DNA of 64,000 bases from Octopus sinensis (lineage: Eukaryota), in assembly GCF_006345805.1 (NCBI RefSeq), contig NC_043008.1, positions 12,958,001-13,022,000 of the forward strand, read 5' to 3'. Positions 50,941 through 64,000 of the stretch are shown here, piece by piece (the stretch's first letter is position 1; every line of letters begins with the position of its first letter). The notes below the pieces were generated by a model. It worked only from the letters and a program-made list of their open reading frames with translations, did no database searches and was not told where the DNA came from. Both the position numbers and the translations under genes were made by a program.

Positions 50941-52728
50941 AGTTCAGCCATATTAAAATTTTTTAATATTTTGAAAAAATGTTTTCTATTCAAAATTTCA
51001 CCCCTTAGGATAGATAGCAATAATTTTTGCTCATTTTGACTTATAACAGTGAAAATAAGTCACTTGTACCCAGAGCGTTCGGGACACGTCTAGTTTCAGC
51101 GACAACAACAACAGTAATAATAATGGTAGTGTTGTCTACTAAAACCACAAGGCCTGACATTTTGCACGAGTGGACTGGTCGGTTACAGCAACCCAAGCAA
51201 ATATATCGACCCCGAGAGCTCACTTAAAAACAGGATAACAATAACATTGCAATTAAGTATTCCTACGACATGATATCAATAAAGCACATTGGACCAAACC
51301 AAAGAGACTCTGTATACATATCTTGAGCTCCATCAAGGTAATAATATTAACACAAGGCAACGCGAAAGATAACAAGTGCAGGTAGTTATACACCCAGCAA
51401 CGAGAGATATCTTAGAAGAATCAGAGGAATACATAAGAAACAGAGAATAAAGGAGTGGGGTTTATATGGAACTAGAGCTGAATGTTTATATAAAAGATAA
51501 CATTCAAGAAAGATTAGGAAAATGAAGAAATATAAGTCCTTGGAAGAAACAGATGCCATCTATGTAAATTTGATATATTTTGTAAGAAAAAGAATAAAGT
51601 GTAAAGTTTCAGGATAATGTAAAATTACAGATAATATGTACTGCTGTGGAATGAAAATCAAAATTCTACAGGTAATGTAGCAAAAAAATATTCATTCAAA
51701 ATGGAGAAGAATTCTCAATACAATATCGTGATAGCAAAATGTGAATGTATTACAAAAGTATGTATACGAAAATAACGAACAAATTTCCCCAAACTTTCCA
51801 GCACACAAACAATCCATAATTGCAATTTTTATTAACATTACTAATGATACCGCATCACTAATGTATATCTAAAGAGACTTTCAAATTGTACTCCTTGATT
51901 TCAGGACATGAAATTAATACAGCCCTGAACGGATGAAGATGTGTTACACGGCAATTTTTTCCCAAGGACCGAGAGGCATCTTTACCTACAAAGCTTATGG
52001 TGTAAACACTAAAGAAAAAAACAATCGATATTTGGTGTGTGGTATACCCCTATACACTAACATACTTAAGCTTCCAGTCCAACATAACGTCAAAACTATG
52101 GATTCGTGTGTCAAATTTGGGAACAGGTTATGCTCAGTATTATTCGAGCTTGAACTAAACTGTAAAGAAAACAACCTGAGAGAACAGTTCTTCTGTGGTT
52201 TATAAATGCACAAATATTTCAAGATTGCAAGAGTAATAAAGCCAGCAAAACAAAGCAAAATTACACATAACAGAGTATAACCAAGAATAGACAAAAACAA
52301 ATGAAAATATAACCAATGATTTTAGGGAGGTTTGATAAATTCTAAAATCTAAATGGTAAGCGGGGCGTCAAAATGCTTAATCTAACGAAACAAGAACATT
52401 TTGTTAAACAAGAGAGAAGAGAAATAATCATGAGAATAATTATATCAGTGCTAATCAACAAATGCAAAGCATGCGACCCAGAAATATTTGTAATAATCAC
52501 TAATTGATAAGAAACGTAAATGCATAAACAGAATCGATAGTGATATTGAAGGCAATGCATTATAAGAAAACGTATTGAAGAAGACGTGCAAACAATAATC
52601 GACTGATATATGAAGCGAACGCCTCACATAAAGAAAGGAGACATTAGAAATGGGTCTGGCATACACCTAAAGGAATTGATTTGTCACGACAGAAATATGT
52701 TTGATAATCAATGGTAATCTACTATTCA

Positions 52729-53099
52729 TCTCTCTATATATAAACGGCAGTTTGTCTGTGTGTGTTTCTGTGTGTCTGTTAGGTTGTACCCTCACTCTGA
52801 CCACGGCTTTCAACCGATTCTGATGAAACTTGACACACACATAGCCCAATGTCATAATTCAAAACTAACGCAGCGAAAATTTTGAAAAGTTCCCCCAGTT
52901 CTGAAAAAATTGATAAATTCGACATGGGGTCGAGAATCAGAAACACAAACCACAGACTGTCTAGGGGACGCAACTCAACCTTTTTAACTAAAAAAAAAAT
53001 TTACCATCATTTTTTTCCATTTTTTTGGCTATAACTCTCTAAAAATGCTTTATAGTTATTTCCCTTACAAACCCGAGCAACGCCGGGCGATACTGCTAG
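52729..53099 (+). mobile_element. Non-autonomous Helitron, intact termini
   Basis: A|TC 5' end, (GT)-rich subterminal tract, 3' hairpin CCCG-AGCAACGC-CGGG about 8 nt before CTAG|T; inserted between A and T with no TSD. Confidence 0.88.
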
Positions 53100-54452
53100 T
53101 TGAAAATAATAGCAACGGCGTCTTTAAATATATGTGTAGTACATGTCGAATATGTGATGATGTTGCAACTATTCCACACTGGTTAATTAATTGCAATAAC
53201 GCAATTTGAATTTCGGAGCCATTATAGAATCTAAAAATACATCTTATCTAACATTGTAATTGGTAGAATCTGAGATATATAGTATCGCAACTGAAAATAT
53301 TGGGAAACCATCTATAAGAGTATTCATAGCTCCATCTCAATGGAAAATGGAGGTTGTAAGAAACTAGGATGTGACATAATCCTGTGGAAGTTACAGGGGA
53401 AAGTTAAAATATTAATAATGTAAAACACTGCTGAGGAGTCCGGCAGCTGTAGTTCTAAAAGAATAATAAAAACCGAGTATGACATTTCATTGATACTGAA
53501 TGTCTTGAAAGCAGATGCTTATCATTTAAATTACAAACACTACAAAACAGAAGTGGCAAAAATGAGAAGAAAAAATTCAAGAGCGTTATGTATTTTAACA
53601 GGCGCTCTGCAACGGATAAATATAGAAATGAGATACAGAATATTTGCTATGCTTTTGCACGCCACAAAGGCTAGCGAAATGGAGTTCTTAATAATATAGG
53701 AACATTCCATATCAAAAGTTCTGTCAATATGGAAAAAAATATAACGAGAGATGTTCACAAATTAGCATCTCTCTGCTTTCTTAAGTCCACATTGACAGAT
53801 ATTTAACTCTACATCGCCTTGTGTTAATAATTCTTGACGCTTCCATTACGACATTATTATAGAGAGAAAACGACAAAATTGAAAGCTTGGATGAGCACTA
53901 AGGATATTTTACGTTTGAACAATAATATTGCAGGGAAGCAATTATAATATCTGGCAGTTGCTGAAACTTTTTCAGTCGTGCTTTGAGAATTGCCAATATA
54001 TATATATTTTTTCCCGTTTATTGCATAGTGATAATTGAGCTGTAATAGAGGCAAACACATTCTTATTGGCAAATAACGCAACGTGCAAATAACTCCGCAT
54101 ACGTAAAATAAGAAAAACACGTTGAATAATTCCTTGAAATTTACACTCTGTACGCAATCATGGAAATCATTACGAAGAATTTCAGCTGACTCAAAAGTAT
54201 GTGCCATAAATATTAACCTAAACCAAAACAGCAGAATATCACGAATATTTTCACGGTCAAATTAGGATCGATAGCTATAAGATACTAGTGAAAACGGAAA
54301 TACATATTTAGGCTCTGCTTTCATGTAGAATTGGTTTTGGATTATTATGGTTTGTTGGCATGTTTAGTGAAAGCATAATCTGACATGGATTTGAATTTTG
54401 AGTAAAGGAGGAAGTAAGGTCACGTTTTAGTTTCATATTCATACATTTCTCT

Positions 54453-55003
54453 AAGGCGGTAAGCTGGCAGAAACGTAAGCACGCCGGGCGAAATGCGTTG
54501 CCGTATTTCGTCTGCCGTTACTATTTGAGTTCAAACTCCGCCGAGGTCGCCTTTGCCTTTCATCCATTCGGGGTCGATAAATTAAGTACCAGTTACGCAC
54601 TGGGGTCGATATAATCGACTTAATCCGTTTGTCTGTCCTTGTTTGTCCCTTCTATGTTTAGCCCCCTGTGTATAGTAAAGAAATAGGTATTTCGTCAGCC
54701 GTTACGATCTGAGTTCAAACTCCGCTGAGGTCGCCTTTGTCTGTCATCCTTTCGGGGTCGATAAATTAAGTACCAGTTACGCACTGGGGTCGATATAATC
54801 GACTGAATCCATTTGTCTGTCCGTGTTTGTCTTCTCTGTGTTTAGCACTTTGTGGGTAGTAAAGAAATGGGCAAGATGGCAGTCGTTAACACGCCGGGTG
54901 AAATGCGTAACGGCATCTCTTCTGTTTGTATATCCTGAGTTCAAATTCTACCTAGGTCGACTTTGCCTTTCATCCACTCGAAGTCGATAAAATCAGTACC
55001 ACT
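54453..55003 (+). mobile_element. SINE family C multimer
   Basis: Full head at 54453, body repeated at ~54688, third decayed unit at ~54875. Confidence 0.88.
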
Positions 55004-55011
55004 TGAACACT

Positions 55012-55335
55012 TGAGATCCCCTACGGTCATGACTGACAGTGGGATTGCATCTAGAAAGTTACCCTCCCAGGCACAAGTCCGGGCAAGGTTGTTTATGGAA
55101 GACCAGCAGTTGTTCATGCACACCAGCCTCCCCACTTCACACCACCAATGTTATCTAAGGGAAAGGCAAAGGGGCCGATACAGCTTGGCACCTGTGACGT
55201 TGCAACTCATTTCTACAGCTGGGTGAACTGGAACAACGTGAAATAAAGTGTCTTGCTCAAGAACACAACATGCAGCCCGGTCCAGGATTCGAACTCACAA
55301 CCTGACGATCTAACCACTAAGCAATGCGCCTTCAC
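55012..55335 (-). mobile_element. SINE family E
   Basis: Reverse-complement similarity to 20956-21280. Confidence 0.75.
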
Positions 55336-56228
55336 TAGTGTCGTAGTAATTCACTTAACATGCACACCGAAATTATTGGCCTTGTGCTAAAAATCTCAAA
55401 CCGATACTCATAAAGATTTGAAAATTACTTGTATACTAAGGAAAACTATTTGTTATCTAAGGCCATTTGAATGTTGTTTGACCATGGTTGGTAATCAAGT
55501 TACTTTCCACACAGCCACTCCTGCGTTGTTCACAAATAATAATTTCTGAAATAAGATTTAATCACTGACTGTTTTTTTTTTACTTATTGCGGGACTCCGT
55601 TTCTCGGTGAGCATTTGGAACTCAGAACTCTAGTAATCCAAAACAAAGAAACGAAGCTAGACAGAGCTCTTCGTTTATGAAGAGTTTCCATTATTGCTAC
55701 AAGTAATAACGATTATCAAATATGAAACATTCGTAGTAGGCAAGTAAAACTTCTTTCTTATGACATGAGAAATTTTCAAAGTGAAGCTGACAAATAGAAT
55801 AGATTAATTAGACGAGCGAAAGTGCTGGAATTTATTCCCCGAAGCCAAGAAGTAAATTTAATGAATTATAATTCCATATGTATTCAGAAAATATTCTATG
55901 AGAGTGAAAAGTGCGAAATTCTGAGATTTGTGTTCCATGAAATGCCATGAGGGTTGAAGAAGAATTTAGTATATGACGTATATCGCCTGGAAGTAAGAAG
56001 CGCTCTGTTACAGTAAGTTATAGGAAGAATTTTGTACTTTTGATTTTGAAATTGTAAGCATTCTCATTGAATATAATGAGATGGGGGTCAGTTCTACTAC
56101 TAATTTCGTTTCTGATTTTCTCAGAGACAATGTGCGTTAATATAAGTTAAAATGTTCCTCATACAGAAACTCTTATATGCCTATACCTGTTTGTTAGAGT
56201 GTCTATGTGGATTATACCTGTAAATTTA

Positions 56229-56305
<77 letters not shown>

Positions 56306-56307
56306 AA

Positions 56308-56418
56308 GCGTAGGAGTGGCTGTGTGGTAAGTAGCTTGCTTACGAACGGCATGGTTCCGGGTTCAGTCCCACTGCGTGGCACCTTGGGCAAGTGTCTTCT
56401 ACTATAGACGGAAACTAT
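56308..56418 (+). mobile_element. SINE family B, truncated/deleted head
   Basis: GGAGTGGCTGTGTGGTAAGTAGCTTGC...GTCTTCTACTATAG then ACGGAAACT. Confidence 0.8.
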
Positions 56419-56859
56419 GATATATTTTTTTGGGTACTTATAGTTGAATTGACGAGCTTAGCCAAGCAATTCCAAGCGAATTCTGAAGAAAAAGGAAATG
56501 TTAAAGAAATGACGAACAAAAATGTATTTACACTTGGCATTTGCAGACTGAATGCAAATTAAAACACAAAGAAGACAGAATAATAATTGGAAATTTTTCA
56601 TCATTCAAATTATTTCGAAAATTAATAATTAGGAATTGTTCATTATTTTCAAATTGGAAATTCATTGCTCTTCATGATTTCAGGAATCAAAGTGAGAATC
56701 ATATTAAGATCCTAAATTCCCATGTGTAAAATTGAATCTTCTGCTTCGTCGTTTCTGTATCACATTTTTAATAATTAGAAACATCATCAAGAAGTTGCAT
56801 CTTATTTCTATTAATTAAAGTATTAACCAAGTGGTTGTAGGTAAAATCATTAGAGTATG

Positions 56860-57480
56860 AAAGAAAGCGCTTTCTGATATTTCTTTCGGCTCTTTACATA
56901 TTCAGTTCAAATCTCAGTGAGGTCACTTTGCATTTCATTTTTTCAGGGTCGATAAGCTAGAGTACCAATCATGTACAGGTGTCGATATCGAACCTGACTA
57001 ACCCATTTCCTCCTTTAAATTAATGGTCTTGTCCCGAAATTTGAAGCCAACAGTTGATTAACTGGCAGAATTGTTACTGCGCCGGGCAAAATGCTTAGCA
57101 GTGCTCCTTCCGTCTTTTTCCGTTCTGAGTTCAACTGCCACCGAGGTTGACTATCTTATTCATCCTTGAGGGTTCGGTAAGATGACTACCACACAAGCAC
57201 TGAGTTGAGTGGAATCGCTTAACACTTTCCCCATAATTTCAGGATGTATGTGAATAGTAGAAAGAATTATGATTAATATCAATGTAAATTGGTAGCAAGC
57301 ATATAAACTCCTTACAGTTTCGGGAAAATCGCTTGCGGGAGTTCTGGATCTTTGTTATGCATTTAAACTTTGTCATTCATCTGTTTGGATCGACAAAATA
57401 CGGTACCAGTAATGTACTAGAGTTGTTGGTGTCAACAAATTTCAAGCATCAAAACTGCAGGCCTTGGGGCTGAATTAGTA
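56860..57480 (+). mobile_element. Decayed tandem array of family C SINEs
   Basis: Three degenerate units with TTCAT..TT..GGRTCGA..AA..GTACCA blocks. Confidence 0.6.
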
Positions 57481-59394
57481 ACCGTTATATTCAATAAGCA
57501 ATGTATTATGTAACACTGGGAAACAGAATTTAAATATTTAGGCAATGATATGCTTCTAAAGTGGATTTGGGAAATATCATCAAATTCTAAATGGGAAGAT
57601 GCTTAAAGAGAAATAGATAGGCAATTTCATAACACTTTATTTTTAAATGATTAAAGGGGATAAATTACTTCAACATCTGTTTTTAAAATTCTTCCTATTC
57701 ACACTTGTACTTTTGGAAAATTGTGTTATAATCTCTGTGGCCTTACATGATAATTTCGTTGTTCGGGTCGCTGTTCCTAATAATTTCATTTAATGTATCA
57801 CATTTCTAAATATATTTTTTTCTTATTTTATAACAGAGAATGCCTTTATCTGATTATTTTCATTGTTTTCGAATCTATTTTTATAAATCAGATAATTCTT
57901 CCAAATAAAACAGAGGTGATTCATGAACATGCTTTCAAAATATATTATAGCTTCCACAACAGTGTACCAAATTTATTGGAATTCTTCGAACATTGTGCCT
58001 TCAAAAATTTAGAGGCCGCTTTCATTTTGCTTAAACTTACATCATTGTCAGCATGACAGTTGGTTTAGTACAAAACCAGCAATATTGAGGGGAGAACTCG
58101 GGTTGATGGATCACAGTAGTCAACTGGTACTTAGTCTCTTAACCTAAAACGGATGAAAGGTTAAACATTTGTTGTAGGCGTTTAAATGCACAATATAAAA
58201 TGCCGAAAAAGAAATGAAGCTGCTAAACAATTTTCCCAATGTGCTGACGGTTCTGTTAACTCGTTACCTTCATAGTGAATGAAGCTAGTGGTGGTTTTGA
58301 AACTATAGTCAACATATCATATTATCTCCGGATGTTTGGGTAATTATTTTCGCTGGAAGTAAGACTTCTATGTTGTTACTTTAACTTGGGGCCTTTGTTG
58401 GTTTAGTGATATAATTCAAGGGCAAAAAATAATAATTATATTTTCACACGAATGGTGATGTATAAATGCGCCAGGGGCAATCGTTTTCTAAAATTCTCGA
58501 AGATTATGACGTAGTATTACTCTATTTGGAATACATTTAAACGGATGGTCAAAAGTATTCAGAAAACCAATCTTCATAAATCGTTTGCGCCATCTTTTGT
58601 TCACTTAATGGCGTGAAAAAATAATGGAAATAATCGATAGTCGAATCCTTTTCAGGAATATTGATGGGCATCGATTTACTAAATGTCTCATAACAATTGG
58701 GCTTTACATGAAATTTCCATCTGTGATTCTTTCAAAGAAAAGAGTCAAACAATCCTTAAATGTTAAATCTTGGGTGGGATTTTTCGTTTTTACAACATAA
58801 TCCAATTGTTTCAGTTACTTTCGCCATTTTGTTTTGGTGCATTTACATAACGAATACTTGTAACTCTTCTAAGAGCAGAGTGGTGTTTACTATTTAGAAA
58901 TTACCGATGCAGCAAAAAAACTAGTGTATGTACACATGCACGCAATTATATGCCGTTACCTTTGCACACAGACATACACACTCACAAACACACAGGTACA
59001 CGTTCACACAGGCACTTACAAAATATACATGGAAAGCAATTCAGCATTTCGCAGTAGAACAATGTGCTTTTCACCCTTTAAATAAAACCTGCATGGCAAA
59101 CATTCGTATTGCTCTTATAGTTAGCATGTTTTTCACCATCGAGTTAATTGCTTATCTGGGGGCAACAGACATTTCATCCACATCTGTTTGTATTGAATTG
59201 ATTTTCAAATCTTTTCATTTACTTAAGGTTTTTTTTCTATTCCGTTTCGTTGAGGAAAAATGTTTTCCGTGTTGACTATAATATGTCAAATCTTTTCCAT
59301 ATGTTTTCAAATTTTAACATTCCCTATATTGATGCCAATATATTTTGTTTCCATATTATTTTATTCTTTAACTTGTTTCTGACATTTGACAAAT

Positions 59395-59655
59395 CGACTC
59401 CTGGACTTATTCTATCGGTCTGTTACTTATACTATCGGTCTGTTTTGCCAAACCTCTGAATTTCAGGGACGAAAACATACCAACACAGACACACAAACAC
59501 ACATATATGTAAATACGACGGGATTCTTTCGGTTTCCATCAACCAAATCCACTCACAAGGCTTTGGTCGGATCGAGGCTGTAGTAGGAGACACTTGCCCA
59601 GTGTGCCACGCAGTGGAACTGAACCCGGAACCATGTGGTTGAGAAGCAAGCTACT
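59395..59655 (-). mobile_element. SINE family B (partial)
   Basis: Reverse complement of the family B head and body. Confidence 0.8.
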
Positions 59656-59829
59656 TTATTTCAAAATTTTGCCATAAAGGCATGGCACAGAGTGGCTTGC
59701 AGTCTGGACAAAAACATTGATGAGATGAATGATGAAACACGGATGATATTAATGGGAGAAGACAAAAAACGCCCGCCGATTTTTTGCTTCTCTAAAACAT
59801 AATTTTATTTTTACATAATAAAAACAATA

Positions 59830-60000
59830 GGCGCAGGAGTGGCTGTGAGGTAAGTAGCTTGCTTACCAACCACATGGTTTCGGGTTCAGTCCCACTGCGT
59901 GGCACCTTGGGCAAGTGTCTTCTACTATAGCCTTGGGCCAACCAAACCCTTGTGAGTGGATTTGGTAGACGGAAACTGAAAGAAGCCCGTCGTATATATG

Positions 60001-60047
<47 letters not shown>

Positions 60048-60276
60048 GTATGTGTGTGTATATGTTTGTGTGTCTGCGTTTGTCCCCCCAAAATCGCTTG
60101 ACAACCGATGCTGGTGTGTTTGCGTCCCCGTCACTTAGCGGTTCGGCAAAAGTGACCGATAGAATAAGTACTGGGCTTACAAAGATTAAGTCCCGGGGTC
60201 GAGTTGCTCGACTAAAGGCAGTGCTCCAGCATGACCGCAGTCAAATAACTGAAACAAGTAAAAGAGTAAAAGAGTA
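59830..60276 (+). mobile_element. SINE family B, full length with internal (TA)n
   Basis: GGCGCAGGAGTGGCTGTG.GG A box, GGTTCAGTCCC B-box-like motif, (GTAAAAGA)n tail. Confidence 0.92.
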
Positions 60277-61241
60277 ATACGATGTATTAAAACTCTTAAT
60301 TAGTTCCGTAGTTCATTCTCAATTGAGGCTCTGAACCTCTTACAAACAATAAACACAAAACAACGCAAGAGACTGAGGCATTAAACCTCTTACTTTAATG
60401 TGATACACAATACGAGGCACTAACCCACTCAATTTTTCCGCCCCGCCGTCACCCGACCAGGCTGAATGCCACACTCAAATAACTCGATGGTGCTAGGTCG
60501 GGACTTTCCGGCAAAAAGCGAAATGTGTCCTCAGGGAAGGACTTTATTACCTCAAACTTTTTTTCCCTACATGACCTCTACACCTACCTGCGGAGGCCAA
60601 TCAGGGTTCTTGATACAGGTACTAATTCCTTCCCATCGACCTTTTGTATTAAACTTTATAATCATTTTTTTTAGATTTCCCTTCCCCTGTGGCACAGGAC
60701 TACAAATTCCTCCTCCACATAAAAAGAGTCCTCAAAACCCCTCACCGGTGGCACAATTCCCACTTACCGTACAACCACTCCTGTGCCTATATATGCTATA
60801 TATATACCGCATTATTTTATTCAAGTATTCTACCGTTGGATACTGACTTTGGCTCAGTCTATCGCCATCTCTCTCTTCTTCTAAATGCTAATGCATCCAT
60901 TAGTGTTATAAAACTTATAATGGTTACAACGACTGATATTCATGGTGATGGATATCAAGATCTAAAGTCACAGCGGCGTACAGTATCCTGATATAATTTT
61001 CTCTGATACAATACTGATATGCCGCGTACGTTATCGGTCTAATATCACATTAGTTCATTATAATCGCTTCTTGTATCACCTACACCAAATATTTTAGTTC
61101 GCTGAATCACTGTCAGCATTTATTTTGTAAAAGTTTAATAGACAAACATTCGAATAACGGAATTGAGTGATCCTTCAGTTCAATATTAAATGCCTTTTAT
61201 GTATTAGTTAACATCAAAACAAGCATTACTACACACACACT

Positions 61242-61626
61242 GTGGAGGCACAATGGCCCAGTGGTTAGGGCAGCGGACTCGCGGTCGTAGGATCGCAGTT
61301 TCGATTCCCAGACCGGGCGTTGTGAGTGTTTATTGAGCGAAAACACTTAAAACCTCCATGAGGCTCCGGCAGGGGATGGTGGTGATCCCTGCTGTACTCT
61401 TTCACCACAACTTTCTCTCACTCTTACTTCCTGTTTCTGTTGTACCTGTATTTCAAAGGGCCGGCCTTGTCACTCTCTGTGTCACGCTGAATATCCCCGA
61501 GAACTACGTTAAGGGTACACGTGTCTGTGGAGTGCTCAGCCACTTACACGTTAATTTCACGAGCAGGCTGTTCCGTTGATCGGATCAACTGGAACCCTCG
61601 TCGTCGTAACCGACGGAGTGCTTCCA
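61242..61626 (+). mobile_element. SINE family A, full length
   Basis: TSD ACTACACACACAC on both sides. Confidence 0.92.
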
Positions 61627-61982
61627 CCACTACACACACACACACACACACAAATATATAGGCACACACATATTTACACACACACACAGGCACACACATA
61701 CATATACGGTTATCACTCGCCATATCGCGATTCACCTATCGCGCCCTAATTACATCGCAGATTTTTTCTTGCTAATATAAATTTATATCGTGGATACCTA
61801 AGCATATCACGGGTTTCTGCGGCCGATAGATATTTATATTTCTTTAGATCTTAATTATTTCTGTGGTAAAATAAGCATTTTCAAGCCTAAAAATTAATAA
61901 ATTAATAAATTAATAAATTAATAAATTAATAAATAGAAATGCAGTGCAGTATTGCATTGTATAATATATTAATTAAAATATA

Positions 61983-62391
61983 GGCGCAGGAGTGGCTGTG
62001 TGGTAAGTAGCTTGTTTACCAACCACATGGTTCCTGGTTCAGTCCCACTGCGTGACACCTTGGGCAAGTGTCTTCTACTATAGTCTCGGGCCGACCAAAG
62101 CCTTGTGAGTGGATTTGGTAGACGGAAACTGAAAGAAGCCCGTCGTATATATGTATATATATATATATGCGTGTGTGTGTTTGTGCGTCTGTGTTTGTCC
62201 CCCTAGCATTGCTTGACAACCGATGCTGGTGTGTTTATGTCCTCGTTACTTAGCGGTTCGGCAAAAGAGACCCATAGAATAAGTACTGGGCTTACAAAAG
62301 AATAAGTCCGTGGTCAAGTTCCTCGATTAAAGGCGGTGCTCCAGCATGGCCGCAGTCAAATGACTGAAACAAGTAAAAGAGTAAAAGAGTA
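61983..62391 (+). mobile_element. SINE family B, full length
   Basis: Colinear with 59830-60276. Confidence 0.92.
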
Positions 62392-62584
62392 TATTAAAAG
62401 CAAATACGTAGTGTACCGGGAGTTATAAATGCAGAACACCACACTGTGGTGATCTGTATTTATAATAAATGAACATTACTCGCTCCGTTTCTAGCAGTTT
62501 CTAACAGGGTATTATTCTATGTAAATATCTTTGGTAATCTTAATAGACAAAATGAGTTCTTGTTTGCTCTTTTGTCTACAACTT

Positions 62585-62969
62585 TGGAAGCACTCCGTCG
62601 GTTACGACGACGAGGGTTCCGGTTGATCCGAATCAACGGAACAGCCTGCTCGTGAAATTAACGTGTAAGTGGCTGAGCACTCCACAGACAAGTGTACCCT
62701 TAACGTAGTTCTCGGGGATATTCAGCGTGACACAGAGAGTGACAAGGCCGGCCCTTTGAAATACAGGTACAACAGAAACAGGAAGTAAGAGTGAGAGAAA
62801 GTTGTGGTGAAAGAGTACAGCAGGGATCACCACCACCCCTGCCGGAGCCTCGTGGAGCTTTTAGGTGTTTTCGCTCAATAAACACTCACAACGCCCGGTC
62901 TGGGATTCGAAACCGTGATCCTACAACCGCGAGTCCACTGCCCTAACCACTGGGCCATTGCGCCTCCAC
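62585..62969 (-). mobile_element. SINE family A, full length
   Basis: TSD TTTGTCTACAACT on both sides. Confidence 0.93.
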
Positions 62970-63321
62970 TTTGTCTACAACTCCTGACCGCTTCGCTCAA
63001 CAACATAATTTCTTTTAATGAGGATAGAGATTATTGTGAAATTAAAAGTGTAGAAGGTTTAAATGTCTCCTTGGAAGATTCTTCTTCTGATATAGGAGAA
63101 TTTTCTTTAATTATCTCCACTTCTATGGTTTTGAAAGCATATACCTGTTTCCGATGTTGCCATGGCAGAGCTGATAGCTATTTTTAGTGAGTGTGTTATA
63201 TGATTCATGTGGAGTGTCTCCAAAATCTAATAGCCTAGAAAAAACTGTCAACATCCATTTTGTCGATATATCTCATGCTGCTGTTTACTGTCTCCTTTCC
63301 GCTATAATTTATATTTGATCA

Positions 63322-63709
63322 GTGGAGGCGCAATGGCCCAGTGGTTAGGGCAGCGGACTCGCGTTCATAGGATCGAGGTTTCGATTCCCAGACCGGGCGT
63401 TGTGAGTGTTTATTGAGCGAAAACACCTAAAAAGCTCCACGAGCCTCCGGCAGGGGATGGTGGTGATCCCTGCTGTACCCTTTCACCACAAATTCCTCTC
63501 ACTCTTACTTCCTGTTTCTGTTGTACCTTTATTTCAAAGGGGCCGGCCTTGTCACTCTCTGTGTCACGCTGAATGTCCCCGAGAACTACGTTAAGGGTAC
63601 ACGTGTCTGTGGAGTGCTCAGCCACTTACACGTTAATTTCACGAGCAGGCTGTTCCGTTGATTCGGATCAACCGGAACCCTCGTCGTCGTAACCGACGGA
63701 GTGCTTCCA
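63322..63709 (+). mobile_element. SINE family A, full length
   Basis: TSD ATATYTGATCA on both sides. Confidence 0.93.
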
Positions 63710-63967
63710 TATCTGATCATTTCACCAGCAACAGTTCGTTCCTTTCATACATTCCTTTGCAGAACAGGTACTCTTCAGATAATATGCTATTACTCCCCAA
63801 GTGTGAGTCGTGAAAATTGTAAGGCATGGATATAAGGCTTCTGGTAGGTTATTAACATGCAGATTACATGACTACAACTCTGAACGGGTTTTGTAATTTG
63901 GAAACTTAATGATATTTCTTTTCAGTTACAGTGAAGCATTGATTCTAATTTACTTAATAGTTCATTA

Positions 63968-64000
63968 GGCGCAGGAGTGGCTGTGTGGTAAGTAGCTTGC
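63968..64000 (+). mobile_element. SINE family B head (runs off the window)
   Basis: GGCGCAGGAGTGGCTGTGTGGTAAGTAGCTTGC. Confidence 0.85.

Larger units (their letters stand above)
62480..63860 (-). mobile_element. Old R4/Dong-like RT remnant interrupted by two family A SINEs
   Basis: Minus-strand peptides HLGSNSILSEE...C.G...ELLLVK and PIRRRIFQGD resemble R4 RT domains 2 and 4; heavily decayed. Confidence 0.5.

Noticed and set aside
60290-61000. Possible second solo LTR
   Set aside because: No clear TG..CA ends, TSD or second copy in the window.

Overview
AT-rich, microsatellite-saturated animal genomic DNA with no confidently identifiable host gene; it is probably intronic or intergenic. The repeat content is consistent with a coleoid cephalopod (Octopus-like), which is an inference from repeat families only. 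Most entries in the ORF track are translations of (TA)n, (CA)n, (TAA)n and (TATG)n tracts. Supported content: one ~2.9 kb young but broken CR1-group LINE (APE+RT); fragments of R4/Dong, RTE, a second CR1 family and Tx1 LINEs; decayed mariner transposases; a Merlin-type MITE with an 8-bp TSD; two non-autonomous Helitrons; and dozens of tRNA-derived SINEs from at least five families, several with TSDs. The most interesting signal is a recurring small element made of a tRNA-like Pol III head, a (TAA)n tract and a minimal type-I hammerhead ribozyme. It occurs with inverted duplicated ends (three loci plus a collapsed remnant), and its (TAA)n core is hit by other retroelements. A second hammerhead family with a variant core, a four-hairpin cassette, a templated insertion and three weak minus-strand exon candidates are also noted. 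Coordinates were counted by eye, and boundaries of decayed elements are approximate.
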